Of a stretch of 64,000 bases of DNA, positions 1 through 12,128 are shown in pieces. The stretch is from Cladosporium halotolerans (taxonomy: Eukaryota). The stretch lies in NCBI RefSeq assembly GCF_011745625.1, contig NW_027191456.1, positions 310,001 through 374,000 of the forward strand. Direction: 5' to 3'. A program made the position numbers and the translations under genes. A model generated the notes under the pieces. It had not been told where the DNA came from. It worked only from the letters and a program-made list of their open reading frames with translations, and searched no databases. The first letter of the stretch is position 1, and each line of letters starts with the position of its first letter.

Positions 1-992
1 TCTGGAAGAGGAATACTGGGCGATCCTTGACTGCCCCTTCCATTGCATCGGAGAAGGGCCCGTCTAGCTGCATGCAAGTCCCCGGAGCGGGATACCGAAG
101 GTCTGGATATGATATAGGCTGCCCTATTCCTCCTCAACCTTTTTTGATGCATCTCTTGCTGCAGGGGTTGGATCATGCGCGTTCGCAGCTATACCGAGCG
201 TTCTCTCTCGAACCGAGGTCCCTTTCTCAACATGACCATGGCCCAACAAAAACTCAAGATGAATGATGATTCGCAGGCTCTACGGATAACGACAAATACT
301 CATGAGGCATCAAGACAGCTAGGAGGCCTCATGGTAGTTTCTCCAGTCATGCGGCTTACTGTACCGATGCAGAATGCAGGTGGAGAGCCGGACCAGCACA
401 GGAACAAAGGCCTGCACACAACAGACGAATAGACTGACTCGTGCTGTCAAATGACCGAGAAAGAGGTACGCCGTCTCGTCCTTTGTTCTCGAATGGCTGT
501 TGCTGTGGTGTCCATTATGGTCAGACACCTCCCCTCTCCAGGCCATGAGAACCACCTTTCTTCGCTCTCGAAGCTAGCCCAGCCGTGAGAAGTTACCGGC
601 TTGAGGATTCCCCCTGTGCATTCTCACATTTGAGCACATCCAGCATGTTCGATGTCATTCATGCCGATAGCTACCTCCAAGGGGCGACGACGGTCGGTAC
701 CAGCATTTCACAGAGGGGCGGGAACTGACAAGACCGATTCAGTGCTCCTTCTCCGGATACTCAGGTCATCAGGTATGTAATTGAGAATACACGGCGCACT
801 GCTAAGGTGCTTCCTAGTCGTCAGATGAATTTCGACCGCGTCGCGATGTTCATCATCGCCATTCTTTTATGTCTTTGATGCTCACCTGACTGCTGGTCGA
901 AGAGGTCGAACATTGCATTGCAGGGATGTTTTGGTGATCTTGACGTTTGTGAGGTGGTGTGAGGGAGTGCCGTCCTGCGTAGAGCGTTTGTG

Positions 993-1018
993 CCACCAGA
1001 TATCACCACCAGATATCA
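993..1018. repeat. Perfect 13-bp tandem duplication (CCACCAGATATCA x2)
   Basis: Read directly from the sequence. Confidence 0.9.
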
Positions 1019-1371
1019 GGTGACCAGAACAACCGAGGAACCCGCTCTTGTCGACGAGATTGCATGGCCATCAGATCGCAAGATTAACATTGGCCCTTTT
1101 CCGATGAGTACTTGGGCTGTTGAGATCACATACAAGTAAAGTTCCGTCAGATGTCAAATGCGCCCTACAACGTTCCTCTGACATGGACCCTTCCCAAAAC
1201 GGAAGTTAAATCCTGGCCTCGGCATGAACCCCATGCAACTGTATCTAGTGAGTATCATCAGGCGTGACTCAGATTGGTTGTTCTACTTCCATCACTCTCT
1301 CGATCCCGAATCTCGTAGTGCGACCAAGGATTGGTCTGAGGGACAAAACATCAAGCGCATCCAATCCGACT

Positions 1372-2623
1372 ATGGCCTATACCTATGCTATTGTGGCAAT
1401 CGCCGCCCTCATCTGTGCCTTCATCATTCAGAAGTACACAAGGCAAAGCGACCCGGGACACGAAGGCACACGAGAGAAAGACATCGAACAAGACGATGCC
1501 CTCAAGGCGTATCAAGATATTGAGCCACTCACTGAGCTTGATTGGCAGTCAACTCCACCAATGAAGCTCCGGCCTTTCAAGCCGAAATACCATTTGACAA
1601 TGGGTAAGTGAGAAAGAACATAATGATTTACTCAACTGACTCAGCACAACCATTGACAATCACAAAGGTCTCGAAAATGTTCCCCTCTCCGATCTTATTC
1701 AGATGGATAGCACCTACCTCGATCGTATCAAGCTCCGCCGTGAGATCATGAATACTCACACTGAGGCTACACTAGCCTGCAATGCTGTAGCCGAAGATGC
1801 TGCCATGGAGCTGTACACTTGGCTCGTAGAGGTCTACTTACCAAAACGGTTCCCGACCTGCTTCGCCGTCGTACCTTCAGCTGAGCAGTCATCCCATTCC
1901 GAAAAGCCGCAAACCCCGCATCGTCAACTGCTCAACAAGATCACCGGCGAAACAGTACCTTTGCAGCCTACAGATGGTCTTACTGGCCTACGTACACTCA
2001 TCTCACACGTTGATACCGATTTTCTCATTCTCCTACCCAGACAGCCTTCCCCAGACAACAACGACAGCCAAGAGCCGCTTCAGCCAGTATACCACCTAGA
2101 AGCCTTCGCGACAACATTCCCTTCTGGTTTCAGCACCCGCAGTAAACTCTCCCTTCCTCTCGCAGCTATCCATGGCCCTGTCCCTCGATATGCCTCCAAG
2201 ATCGGCAAGTCCATGGACCGCTTCTTCGCCCGCATGGAAACCGGCAAAATGGTCCGCCGCGCCAATTGGACCATCACCACGACTCCAGATCTCTTCACGC
2301 AGTCAGGAACCCACATGAGTGACCCGGACGCCACTCCCGAACAGCAAGCTGAAGCCATTGCTCAGCAGCAACAGGATCTAGACATTTCTTCCATGCGGTT
2401 GCGGACTGAGCTGCAGACGCTTCACCGATTGCCCGTCACAGGAGCCTTAGTGTTTGCGTTCAAAACGTATCAATACACACTGGAAGAGGTGAAGGCTGAA
2501 GGCAATGGAGAGGCGCTCGCGGAAGCGACAGAGGGCTTTCTCAAAGGCAGCGTGCCTGAGATGGAAGTTTACAAACGCGTTGCAGTGTGGGGAGGCAAAG
2601 TGAGGGAGTACTTGAGAAGCTGA
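1372..2623 (+). CDS. DUF3445/HRQ-family protein (heme-dependent oxidative N-demethylase-like) with N-terminal hydrophobic anchor; 2 exons
   Basis: ATG 1372 (MAYTYAIVAIAALICAFII). Intron 1604-1667 (gtaagt..ctgac..aag) joins KPKYHLTMG to LENVPLSDLIQMD. Family-like motifs: RPFKPKYHLTMG, YLPKRFP, FPSGF, IHGPVP, SMDRFF, RANW, LRTELQTLHRLP. Confidence 0.8.
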
Positions 2624-3743
2624 AACGTCGGTATGTAACAGTGGGGGTGAGATCTCATTCAGATTGCGATCGCGGGTGTACAGAGTATGATCCTGTGGAA
2701 GCGTTCCGAGCGATGGCCCGCGTGGATAGTGAAGTCTGCGCAAGAGTTGCTTGGACTCTAGTCAAAATTCTGAACAAGTAGAGGGTACGATAACGGCGCA
2801 TCTGCAGCTGCAATGAGGAAATTAGGATGCACGCCATTTACCTCCTTGCTTTCGGCTTTTGTCAGATCCTCAAAACTTTGTGAAGGCAACGGAAACCATC
2901 TAGTTCAAGTGGCCTTAACTGACTGGCCTCCGGCACACAAGAATGCAGAACGTCGCAACCAGTTCGTGCTCTGAAATTGTAGACTGTTCGACAACCCACA
3001 CTTCATTGAACCTGACAAACTATACAATCGGCGGGGTCATTTATCGTTACTAGCACGAACATCAGAAATGATCGCGAGATGAATCTGGAATAGGACGAAG
3101 AATTGAACCAGGCGACACTTTGAATGCTTTAATCACATGAATATCAAATTTCCGCACCTGAACAAGCCGCAAAACAAAACTCACGACTCCAATGTTCGGG
3201 AAAAGGACTCGGAATCAAACTTGTTTCACGCTCTCAAGCCGCTTACTCTCCCGGCTTACCTGGAATAGTATCAAGTCCTTAGAAAGTCTCGAAGCTTATG
3301 GTGCAATCGATCCTGAACCTAATTTCGTCAACCGTACGCGATCTCAAGGCAAATCTCCTGAGTATTTGATGATTGGCCTGCTGCTCTGGGAAGGCGAGTA
3401 TTGAGGTACGTTGCCAGCCTGCACAATCGTGATATGCACAGCGGTTGTTGAGCATTTCTTCCGGGACAAAAAAAAAACAAATTCGATGCAATATTCGTTA
3501 GAGCTATCTGCATTGGAACTTGACATGTTCGCACGCAGTTGGGATTCCGCTCTGTCTTCGGTGGCTTGACTAACCACAGTGTTTGATCAAGATCATGCTA
3601 TGCGGCGTCGACTAAGACGAGGACGACGATGAGATTCATTGCAAACTCTGCAGCATACTGATTACGCCACTAAGAATTGGTATTGGAACGTCAGAAGCAT
3701 GACAAGGAAAATTATTTCAGACAATGTCGGTGCTTTTGTTCTC

Positions 3744-3783
3744 CCAAAGAACCCGCGATGCAACCAAAGAACCCGCGATGCAA
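3744..3783. repeat. Perfect 20-bp tandem duplication (CCAAAGAACCCGCGATGCAA x2)
   Basis: Read directly from the sequence. Confidence 0.9.
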
Positions 3784-5704
3784 GCCGAATTCCCATTTTT
3801 CCAGACCTGAAAGCGAATGCTATTGCCATGTCCCACACTAGTTCCAAATATTCCAGCTGAATGGCGCCTAAGAGAAATCCTCCTCAACCTTCGCTGTAGC
3901 CTCTAGAGTGACTCTACACGCTGAAGCAAAGCAGTGGCTCACTTCACATGCATAGAAGCTTTGCTTCTTTGCATAGCCAGGTCTAATCAGTCAACGTGCA
4001 GAGCTAGATAACCTTTAGTCTGGTCGTTAGGTTAGATTGCCGCGGAACCTTTCAAACACGACTGGATGACCATTGTGTCTCCCTGTCTCGATCGTCTGCG
4101 ACACGACGACGGCGTATATCACTGCAATTCTAAGTAGTCAATACAAGCAATGTTCAGCATCATGGCCGTTCAATGAATCCGACGACGTCGGTGTGGCTAC
4201 ACGTGTAAAACAACAAGCAAAAGATTGTTGCACGCGCTGAGTGACCTCCCCGATTGTAGTTGTGACGATGTAAATCTTCATGAAGCACACATTGCAATTC
4301 GTGGTATGTGTACAAAAACAATCATGTCATGTGAATGATCGTTTTGGGGACTAATTTCTGTGGCGGTCGAAAGCCGGGTAGCGCATCTCACAAAAATTGG
4401 CTTGCTCAAACGCCACACGAAGTGGAACGGCTGCTCCGGTAAGCTTGAGACCAAATTCTATCGAGCAAACCACACTGAGGATGCCGAACGCTTAGTCGCC
4501 AGCTGATCGCGATCAAAAGCTCGAGCACGCTGTTCCCGCCTGTATTGTGCTTGCTGTCAAACGACTGCATCAAATGACTGCATCGATATTCACTTAGCTG
4601 TACGAGCAAGTGAGAGGGGTTCCATGCCCCAGCTCATTGCCTCGCAACGCTAGTAGGGATGCAAGCTTCGACTGATGATATATTGATTGGACCTTGATCG
4701 CAAGAAGCCCAGAAAACTGCGATGAGCATCGATCGATGATCATGGGAAGATTTGTTGTTTGACTGGCAATGCTCAACAAACGTTGCTGCTTTTCTCATTC
4801 GGTTTGACAGTGCGGGGAGGCAAGATGTCTTTCCCCGTTGTCCGAAGTCTTGACTACATGCAACGCGAACGAACTCCCTTCCAATTTATTCCGATCGCGA
4901 TGATCCAGCGATGAGGTCAAGCAAGCAGCTTGTACCCAGTAATTATTGCATGGACACGACGGCTAACGGTCTATGCCAGCAAGCACTCGATAACCTTGCT
5001 CGGAGTATGCGGCCCCGAAAACGTGCAGTCTACATGGGTCTCTTTACAATCCGGCTTGCACAACAAATACAGCGCAGATTTTACTCAAATCACATGAACA
5101 TCCCATTAGGCTCAATGAGCAGGCAGCGAAGCGTTAGCACGGTATGGCCGCCGGATGCCTCCTCTAGACCAGACGCTAAACACGTACGCACTCGCTTGGG
5201 GTACAAATGATCGGGCCACCACCTCCACTCGACGGCAGCGTAATTAGGATTGCATGCCCGACGTTTCTCGGTCCCGGTCAATGTTAGATAGTCTCCCATT
5301 CAGTCAGATCATGGGTATTGAAGACTGTTCACAGCCGGCCGTCGACGAAGATTTGAGCAAATTCATTCAAGCACGTACAATTGAGACAGGTAACGCTCTA
5401 TGTTCGTTGAATCGTTGTTGTCCCTCGCTCCTGACGCTGCAGAAGTAGAAAACACTATGATTCCTTGCTGCAGTGTTGAGCAATTCGAGGTGTGCAGGGG
5501 AGTTTGGTAACTGTGACCTCTTGGTCATCGCTTCCCGTAGCATTCTCCGATTACCTAGATGTACACCTTGATCGAACGCGAAAGTACAAAGCGCCTGTAA
5601 CACCATCGCTCAAGCCCGCGCCCGCCCATTGCCGGTCTTCTGAATAATAACATGTGAAATCCACCTCGAGCCTCCCATAACAAGCAAACAGCAAAACCAA
5701 TCAT

Positions 5705-7660
5705 CTATATAACCTTATCAACCCACCTCCCAATCACGCCTTTCCCCAAAAACTCCTCCTCATCCTCCTCCCACTTCGCCCTCTCCATCGCCTTCCTCGC
5801 CCCGTAAGCCCGCACGAACTTCCACGTCTCCGTATCAGCCAGATTCCACGCCTCGACGCCCGCAGTGACGGCTTTCACGTCCGGGCCCTCCGGCGCCTTG
5901 CCCCAGCTCCTGCCCTTGCCGTCCGGCGACTTGCCCTGCAGCGCAAAGCGAGAGGCCGTGAGGATCGCCTGCTCCTGCTCGAGCTCCTTCTCCGACGGCT
6001 CGGGGCCTTCAAAATCCTGCTTCGGGGGCGGCGGGCGGCGCTCGGGGCCGGGCACGGGAGTCTCGGAGCGGCCGTTGGGGGTCGGCGTGCGAGGGATCGT
6101 GAAGCCGAGGTTCCAGTCGAGCTCCTGGACTTGCTCTTCGGAAAGGGTTGGCTGGGCGATTTCTTCGGCGGTGAGCCAGAGGGTGCGCGGGGCGGAGAAG
6201 TCGGAGGCGACGACGTCTTTGAGGGAGACGAGGCGGGAGAAAGACGAGAGGCCGGTGCCGAGGAGCTCTTTTGTTGCGGCGAGGATCCAGGTGTCGCGGT
6301 CGGTTTTGCGGCGGACAAAGCGGAGGTCTAGTGTTGGGGTGGAGTGGGTGAGAGCCAGGACGGTGTAGGGGTGGGGTACGGTGGCGATGGTGAAGACGGA
6401 GCTGGTGTTCCTGAAGATTGGTGGGGTTGAGATACGCATGTCCGAGGAAGCCACGCATGGAGTGCAGCTGTAGAGGTTGGGCGGGCATGAAGACGGCTCT
6501 GGAGAGAGGGAGCATTGAGTAAGGTTGCGGGCCAGGTCGATAGCGGGTGCGATCAGTGTGGAGGTATGCTGAGGGAGAGGCTTGAGGACAGCAATGCCTG
6601 AAGAGAACGTATTCTGCCAGGTCGTGTGGAGGTGGCTGTTGATCAGACGAGCGAGGTCGACGAGGCCTTCAACGCGCGTGTCGTCGGTTTCAAGCTTCTT
6701 CTGGACCTTGCTGTACTTGCTTTTGATGTTCGATGCGCTGTAAAAGGCGATGCCATCATGGTTCTTATCCGTAGTGAAAGACTTCGAAGGAACAGCGTCA
6801 AAGATTGACTTCTTCTTCTGAATGTCGGGATTTGAGAGCGCCGCCTTGACGACACCGTCAATCGCATCCTTGCCCCCGACGAAAAGACCATTGTCCAGGC
6901 CGCCGTAGCGCATCAGATTGGGATACTCTCCCCTGCGCAAGAAAGATAAGAGAGGGTCGTCGTAGGCTTCCATGGGCACCGCGAGCCAGTTACAGAGAAT
7001 GCCAGTCCCCATACTCTGCCACGCTAACCACCTCTGCAGCTCAAACTCCATCTCTTTCTCCAGCTCCATTCCCATAAGTGTCCGGTACTGTGGGTTGTTG
7101 TTCGCCTCTGGTTGCCCCAGGACGACGGGCTTGAATCCCTTCGCCCACCATGCTCTTCGCCAAATCTCCAGCAGCTCTTTCTCGGCCGCTTGTCGCTTGT
7201 CATCTTTCTTGTGATCCGAGATGTCGAAATACGTGTAGATCGGCGGCCTATTCTTCTCCGGTGGCAGCACACTACGCTCCTCGTCAAGAGTGACAGAGCT
7301 GCTGAAAGGACTCAGCCATTTCCAGTCACTGTACCAGCTCGCCTCGCCGTTCGTGCTGTTCGCCTGCTCAGGAGGCGGGCTATGCGCGGGCGCCTTGAAG
7401 GGGTTCAACCAGCCAGGCGCCGCCGGCACGTTCTTCGGCAGACTGGGGATGTGTTCGACCGCTTGGTGTGCGGCATCTATGGCCTGATGCGCGCCAGACT
7501 GGATCTTGGGGCCATAAGGCACGTCTTTCAGGTAGGGGTCGTACTGGTCGCTACTCGAGGTTCCGAGGAAGATGATACAGAAGAGGACGAAGCCCGTGAG
7601 CGATGCGACGATCTGCAGCCTTCGGGGAAGGAATGTGCACGGGTTCCAGTATTTGGGCAT
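5705..7660 (-). CDS. Uncharacterised 651-aa protein with type II membrane anchor; possible glycosyltransferase-like luminal domain
   Basis: Long intronless ORF with strong codon bias. N-terminal RRLQ followed by hydrophobic IVASLTGFVLFCIIFLG, a Pro-rich stem, then PIYTYF..WRRAWWAKGFKPVVL..RWLAW. Confidence 0.8.
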   Translation of the reverse strand: MPKYWNPCTFLPRRLQIVASLTGFVLFCIIFLGTSSSDQYDPYLKDVPYGPKIQSGAHQAIDAAHQAVEHIPSLPKNVPAAPGWLNPFKAPAHSPPPEQANSTNGEASWYSDWKWLSPFSSSVTLDEERSVLPPEKNRPPIYTYFDISDHKKDDKRQAAEKELLEIWRRAWWAKGFKPVVLGQPEANNNPQYRTLMGMELEKEMEFELQRWLAWQSMGTGILCNWLAVPMEAYDDPLLSFLRRGEYPNLMRYGGLDNGLFVGGKDAIDGVVKAALSNPDIQKKKSIFDAVPSKSFTTDKNHDGIAFYSASNIKSKYSKVQKKLETDDTRVEGLVDLARLINSHLHTTWQNTFSSGIAVLKPLPQHTSTLIAPAIDLARNLTQCSLSPEPSSCPPNLYSCTPCVASSDMRISTPPIFRNTSSVFTIATVPHPYTVLALTHSTPTLDLRFVRRKTDRDTWILAATKELLGTGLSSFSRLVSLKDVVASDFSAPRTLWLTAEEIAQPTLSEEQVQELDWNLGFTIPRTPTPNGRSETPVPGPERRPPPPKQDFEGPEPSEKELEQEQAILTASRFALQGKSPDGKGRSWGKAPEGPDVKAVTAGVEAWNLADTETWKFVRAYGARKAMERAKWEEDEEEFLGKGVIGRWVDKVI

Positions 7661-8273
7661 CCTGAGGAGGATATGGCTCGCCAGCCAGCTATGTCGTCGC
7701 GGAACTCATACAAATCAACGTAGGTAGATCCCTCATGCGCGTCTCGCAGACGCTCGAATGTCGCTCCGTTCCAAGCTCAGGAAGCCGCCGGTGTTGCCAG
7801 TATGCCAGGGCGCAAGCAATTTTGTCGCCAGGTACGTCGAACAGGATCACGGTGGGCAAATTCGCAAAAAGGCAGAGTCGATCGTTTAGTCTGGACACTC
7901 AGTCTGGCAACGTGGACGCGCAATGGCTATACAACTCCTGATCTTGGCACTCCCGAGGTCATCTCCTCCACGTGGAAGCTGCATTGAAAGGGTCTAAGGC
8001 ACTAGGTATGGCGAACAGTCGACAGACATCGTCCGAACCGACTTGAGACGCGCCGTGCATCTTCCAAACATGTGATCCCTTATCTCAAGTGACTCGCGGT
8101 AGGTGCTTACCTTACGACTCTGCTTGCCCTCTATCTTTCCCCTCCGCCAGGCGTCGTCATACCCAAACAGCCGGGCAATCACATGCGAATGCCCGCACCT
8201 CGAGCACCACGACGACCGTGTACTCGCACACCCTCCGCACCACCACCACTCCACACCGCAAAACGAGCAAAAG

Positions 8274-8779
8274 ATGTACTCCGCCGCCTCCGCGAAATTA
8301 ACCACAGCAACGACCCGCCCGCGCTCGCCCGAAACCTTCGACTCCTTCAGCGAGCGCAACGCCGCGGCCGCAGCCCTGCAGTCCTACGAGGAGCTGTCCT
8401 GGCACGCGCTGCAGCGGAACGAGGTTCGTCTGGACAAAATGCAATACCAACAAAAAGTTCCACCGACTCTGACTCCCCTCCCCAGTCCCTAGCGCAAACG
8501 CGCCTGCACTTCCGCTCCGTGCTGGCGGGCTTCTCGGCCGAGGACGAAGCGGCGCTGGTCGACTGGAAAGAGGACACGACGCCGATCGCGCACGCGCAGA
8601 GCGAGAGGCGGAAAGGCAGTTCGGCTGGGACGGGCAAGGAGAAAGAGAGGAGCAGTTTGGGCGGGGGAGTGACGCCGGGTGGGAAGGGGAAGGAGAGGGA
8701 GAGGAGTAGTTTGGGCGGGGCCAGTCCGGCGAGCGGGAGTGGGAGGAAGAAGAGGCGGAGTGCTGGGGTTGGGAGCTGA
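8274..8779 (+). CDS. Small uncharacterised basic protein; 2 exons
   Basis: ATG 8274 (MYSAASAK). Intron 8424-8485 (gttcgt..ctgac..cag) joins HALQRNE to SLAQTRLHFRS in frame. Internal repeat GK-KE(K/R)ERSSLGG x2. C-terminal RKKRR resembles an NLS. Confidence 0.65.
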
Positions 8780-9132
8780 GATGATTTGGTCGGATGGTTG
8801 GATGGTTCTGGGTTTGTGGTTGGTGTGGCTCAGCGATCTGGCCTTTTTATGATATTATGACTACTACTACTATGGCATAGATGGAGGTGCTCGCATGCTA
8901 ATTGTATTCGATGCTGGAGTTTTTACCTCTCAAGGATATACAACGCCGAGGCAATGTCTGTCCCTGGGAAACTGGTTCCGGTAGGTGTGGACAAGTACAC
9001 CGACGGGTGTTTCGCGGCGCGTTTGGTTTTCGAGACTCAGGACCCCACTCGCAATGTCTCGAGCCACTGGCGATCCGTATCTCCAGCGAAACGAGATCAA
9101 CCATCTTCTCTGATCTCCCCTTCACAGCCTCT

Positions 9133-10186
9133 TCACCAGATGCCAGGCACCATCGCGAACCTCTTCTTCTTGTACTTGCCGCCCAGCTCCTTCCTGTATC
9201 TGCGCTCCTTCTTCTTGGCCCAAATAGCCATCTGGCCGACCGCCAGCGCGATGAATATCGCCGTGCTCCAATGCCTGTTGACCAACAAAATCGCAACCCA
9301 CGCAATGCTCTCGAAAAGGTAGTTCGGGCAAGTCACCCAGTCAAAGCCGAGGCCACGGGGAATGCCGCGCTCGGTGCTCCCGGGAGCGCGCAGCGAGCGG
9401 AGCGTGAGGTGTGTGGAGAGGTTGCAGAGCTCGCCAATGATGTAGAGCGCGACGGCGACGTAGGTCAGGGCTGGCGAGGCGTCGGACGAGGCGGTCGGGG
9501 AGTTGGGGCTGTAGGTGAAGTATGCGATCAGGACGCCGGAGAAGAGCCAGTAGTGGGCGGAGTTCTTGAAGATGTTGGTGTACGGCATGGTTGCGAGGGA
9601 GAAGCGGTGGACGAAGATCGTCTCGAGCTCGCGCTTGAGGAAGTGAAGCGTGATCATCCAGAACGAGATCGTCTGGAGAGAAGAGGGGCCGGGGTTGAAG
9701 GTCGGGAGAGTGTAAATGTACGGTCGGAGGTAGTAGAAAATTGGGTGGATGAGGAGCGGTCCGAGGTACTCGATGATGAAGACGGTGCGCCAGGCGATTT
9801 GGGGACCTGGAGGTAGCGGTTAGGTGCCATGATCGAGACGCGTGATCGGTATGGAGTCGGCAGGCCTACCTAGGTCCTTGACCTGGATAACATCTCCATC
9901 CTGCAGCTCGGTGCTTGCAACCGTCACGGACTTGTCATTCGGAATAGCCGTTCCCTTGCCCTGCGTAATTCGAAGACGGTGGACGGAGGACTTCGAGTCG
10001 GCGGCAATGCGCTGGTACAGGTCGGCCGTACTACCCTGAATGTAAATCTTGGTCTCCTTCGGCAGGCCCGGGATGGGTTTGCCTGTAGGTGCAGATTAGA
10101 CCGGTGTGTTCAGGCTAAGCAGGGTATATTTATTGGGACGTCATACCGCGCGGCTGTACCTTGAGAGTCACCGGCTTGGAGGCCAT
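9133..10186 (-). CDS. TSC13: Very-long-chain enoyl-CoA reductase (steroid 5-alpha-reductase family); 3 exons
   Basis: Starts MASKPVTLKVQPRGKPI. Motifs: VKDLGPQIAWRTVFIIEYLGP, HFLKRELETIFVHRFSLATMP, NSAHYW, CPNYLFE. Introns at about 10083-10146 and 9807-9869. Confidence 0.93.
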
Positions 10187-10395
10187 GGCTGAAGGCTAGT
10201 GGTGGGATGCGGTAGCAGGGTCGGCGAGGCTGAGGTTGTGCCGAGTTGGTGTTGCTCGCGCACAGCGCTGAGCGAGGACAGCTGTGAAGTGGGGCCTGCG
10301 CAGGAGACTGGACGAAGCGGCCTCGCGAGAGCCCAGGCTGAAGACCAGACTTCCGAGCGTGTACCTTATGCTGCGCGAATGTCACTGGTGGTAGA

Positions 10396-10423
10396 TATTG
10401 CTGTTACAGTATTGCTGTTACAG
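10396..10423. repeat. Perfect 14-bp tandem duplication (TATTGCTGTTACAG x2) in the TSC13/ppo divergent intergenic region
   Basis: Read directly from the sequence. Confidence 0.9.
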
Positions 10424-12128
10424 ATTATGGCCTGCGACGTCCCATCAAAAGCAGCGGTGTGCTGTTCCCTGCGTCCGGCATCTTCGCGCTGAGGTGAGCA
10501 GACGAGCTGAACATGTTCAAGTGCCGGCGGCCGGCCGACTCCGCCAACACGCACGCGAGTGCTGTTCAACGCGGCATCGAAGATCTGAGGCAATACACAT
10601 ACCTCACACGACGACACATACCCCTCCAGCCTGCGCACACGAGCGACGAGGATGCGGAATGCTTCAGGTCGTGCGCATTGCATCGGCGACAGCAGGCGTG
10701 GTCCCATCGTCGCCGCGCAGCTACAGCTGCCTTCGCCTGGCCTCGCCTTGCTTCGTGGATGGATGTTGGGTACCTCGATAATAAACCACGAGTCGGCTGA
10801 CCGTCTCGCCCAAGGCCATTGGCTTCGCTACCATACCGAACGCGCTGGCTGCTGCCACGGACAGCAGCTCCGTGCGGCGTGGCAGCAATAGTCTAATCGC
10901 CTACGTGTGCAAGCAGCAATAGCCTGACCGTCTTGCGTGCACCGCAACAACCCCGTGCGTCTGCCGTCGAGTGTCGGCACGCCGGCAGGCACCACGCTTG
11001 CATGGAGCTGCTCCCTCAGCCCTGGTGCTAATGCACACCGGCAGCCTTCCACCACCTTCTCACGGCCGCCCCGTGTCTCCGGCGCAGCTTCGCTCAGCCA
11101 CTGCCGTCTCCAGACCCCCACCGGCCGCTGAGGCCTGCGTTCCAATGCGCAGACTCTTCGCCTCGTTCTTCGCCTGTCACCCTTGCCTGGCCGACTGGTC
11201 ATGCCACCGTGCGTGCCCTTTCCAGGCCTCCCAAAGCGGGACCGGCGCGTTGCGACGCCAGCCTGCCGCCCGTGACTGGTCGAAGCGACTTCAGCTGCGG
11301 CTGGCTGATATGCGAGCCGAGCCCTGAGGAGCTGCCTTACTGCGGCGTCCTTTGTCGCCTTGGGGTGGAATGTTGCGACTACAAGAGCCTGGCCTCCCGC
11401 CAGTCAAGAATCGAAGGTTTGTCATTGTCATTCCCCGTGTCACATTTCTACTCCCAGTGTATTGTTTGGTTAGAGTTTCTTGCCATTGAGTATCTACCTC
11501 TACCTGCCTTCAACTACTTGAACCTCAGACGACTATACGCAGCATCTACATTCCATTTTTGAAATAGTAAGTCGCTGTTTCTTCAATCCAATCTTCCGTC
11601 AGTGAGGAAGCCACATACCTGCCGGGCTGCAAGAGAACCAGCCTTTTCGTCCCACGTGGCAACCACGACAGACTCGCTTCATTTGTTCTGGTCGGGTCAT
11701 GGAACATCGACGGGCCACTTCCTCGACAGTCGTACGTCGACACGTCATCCCCAATCGGCACCATCATGAATCATGTGTCGCATCACGCGCTGCGTAACGC
11801 ACCACCAAACAAGCCGCGCGCACCGTGGCTGGATCAGCTACAAGAGCAATGGCACGCCACCAAGCATGTCTTCGGGCACGGCTCCAACCGAATGGAACCT
11901 AGAGACGAGAGCTCAATGACAAGCCACGATGCCCCCGACAGCGGCAGTCAGCTGCTCAGTTTGCAGGAAGCTTTGCTGAGGACAAAGGAAGCTGCGCCGG
12001 CGGCCGACGAGGCGTCCGGGCCTCGCCGTGGTGAAAGACGAGTTGGCGGTCCATGGATATACAAGTCTTTTAGAGTCTTCGTACGCAATGTAAAGAGCAC
12101 GTCGCTAACGCCCTTGTCTAGATCCAGT

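Noticed and set aside
1..1200. Short ORFs, an intron-like signal on the - strand (about 815-885) and a box-C-like ATGATGA (about 263)
   Set aside because: No coherent spliced ORF or snoRNA structure could be built.
3300..3404. DP..QGKSPEYLMIG resembling the beta-carbonic anhydrase motif GQSPEYLWIGCSDSR
   Set aside because: The CSDSR and HxxC zinc ligands do not follow in any frame I could read.
11766..12128. 121-codon N-terminal extension of the ppo ORF
   Set aside because: No recognisable motifs, and a TATA-like element (about 12056) lies inside it, so ATG 12129 is more plausible. Not fully excluded.
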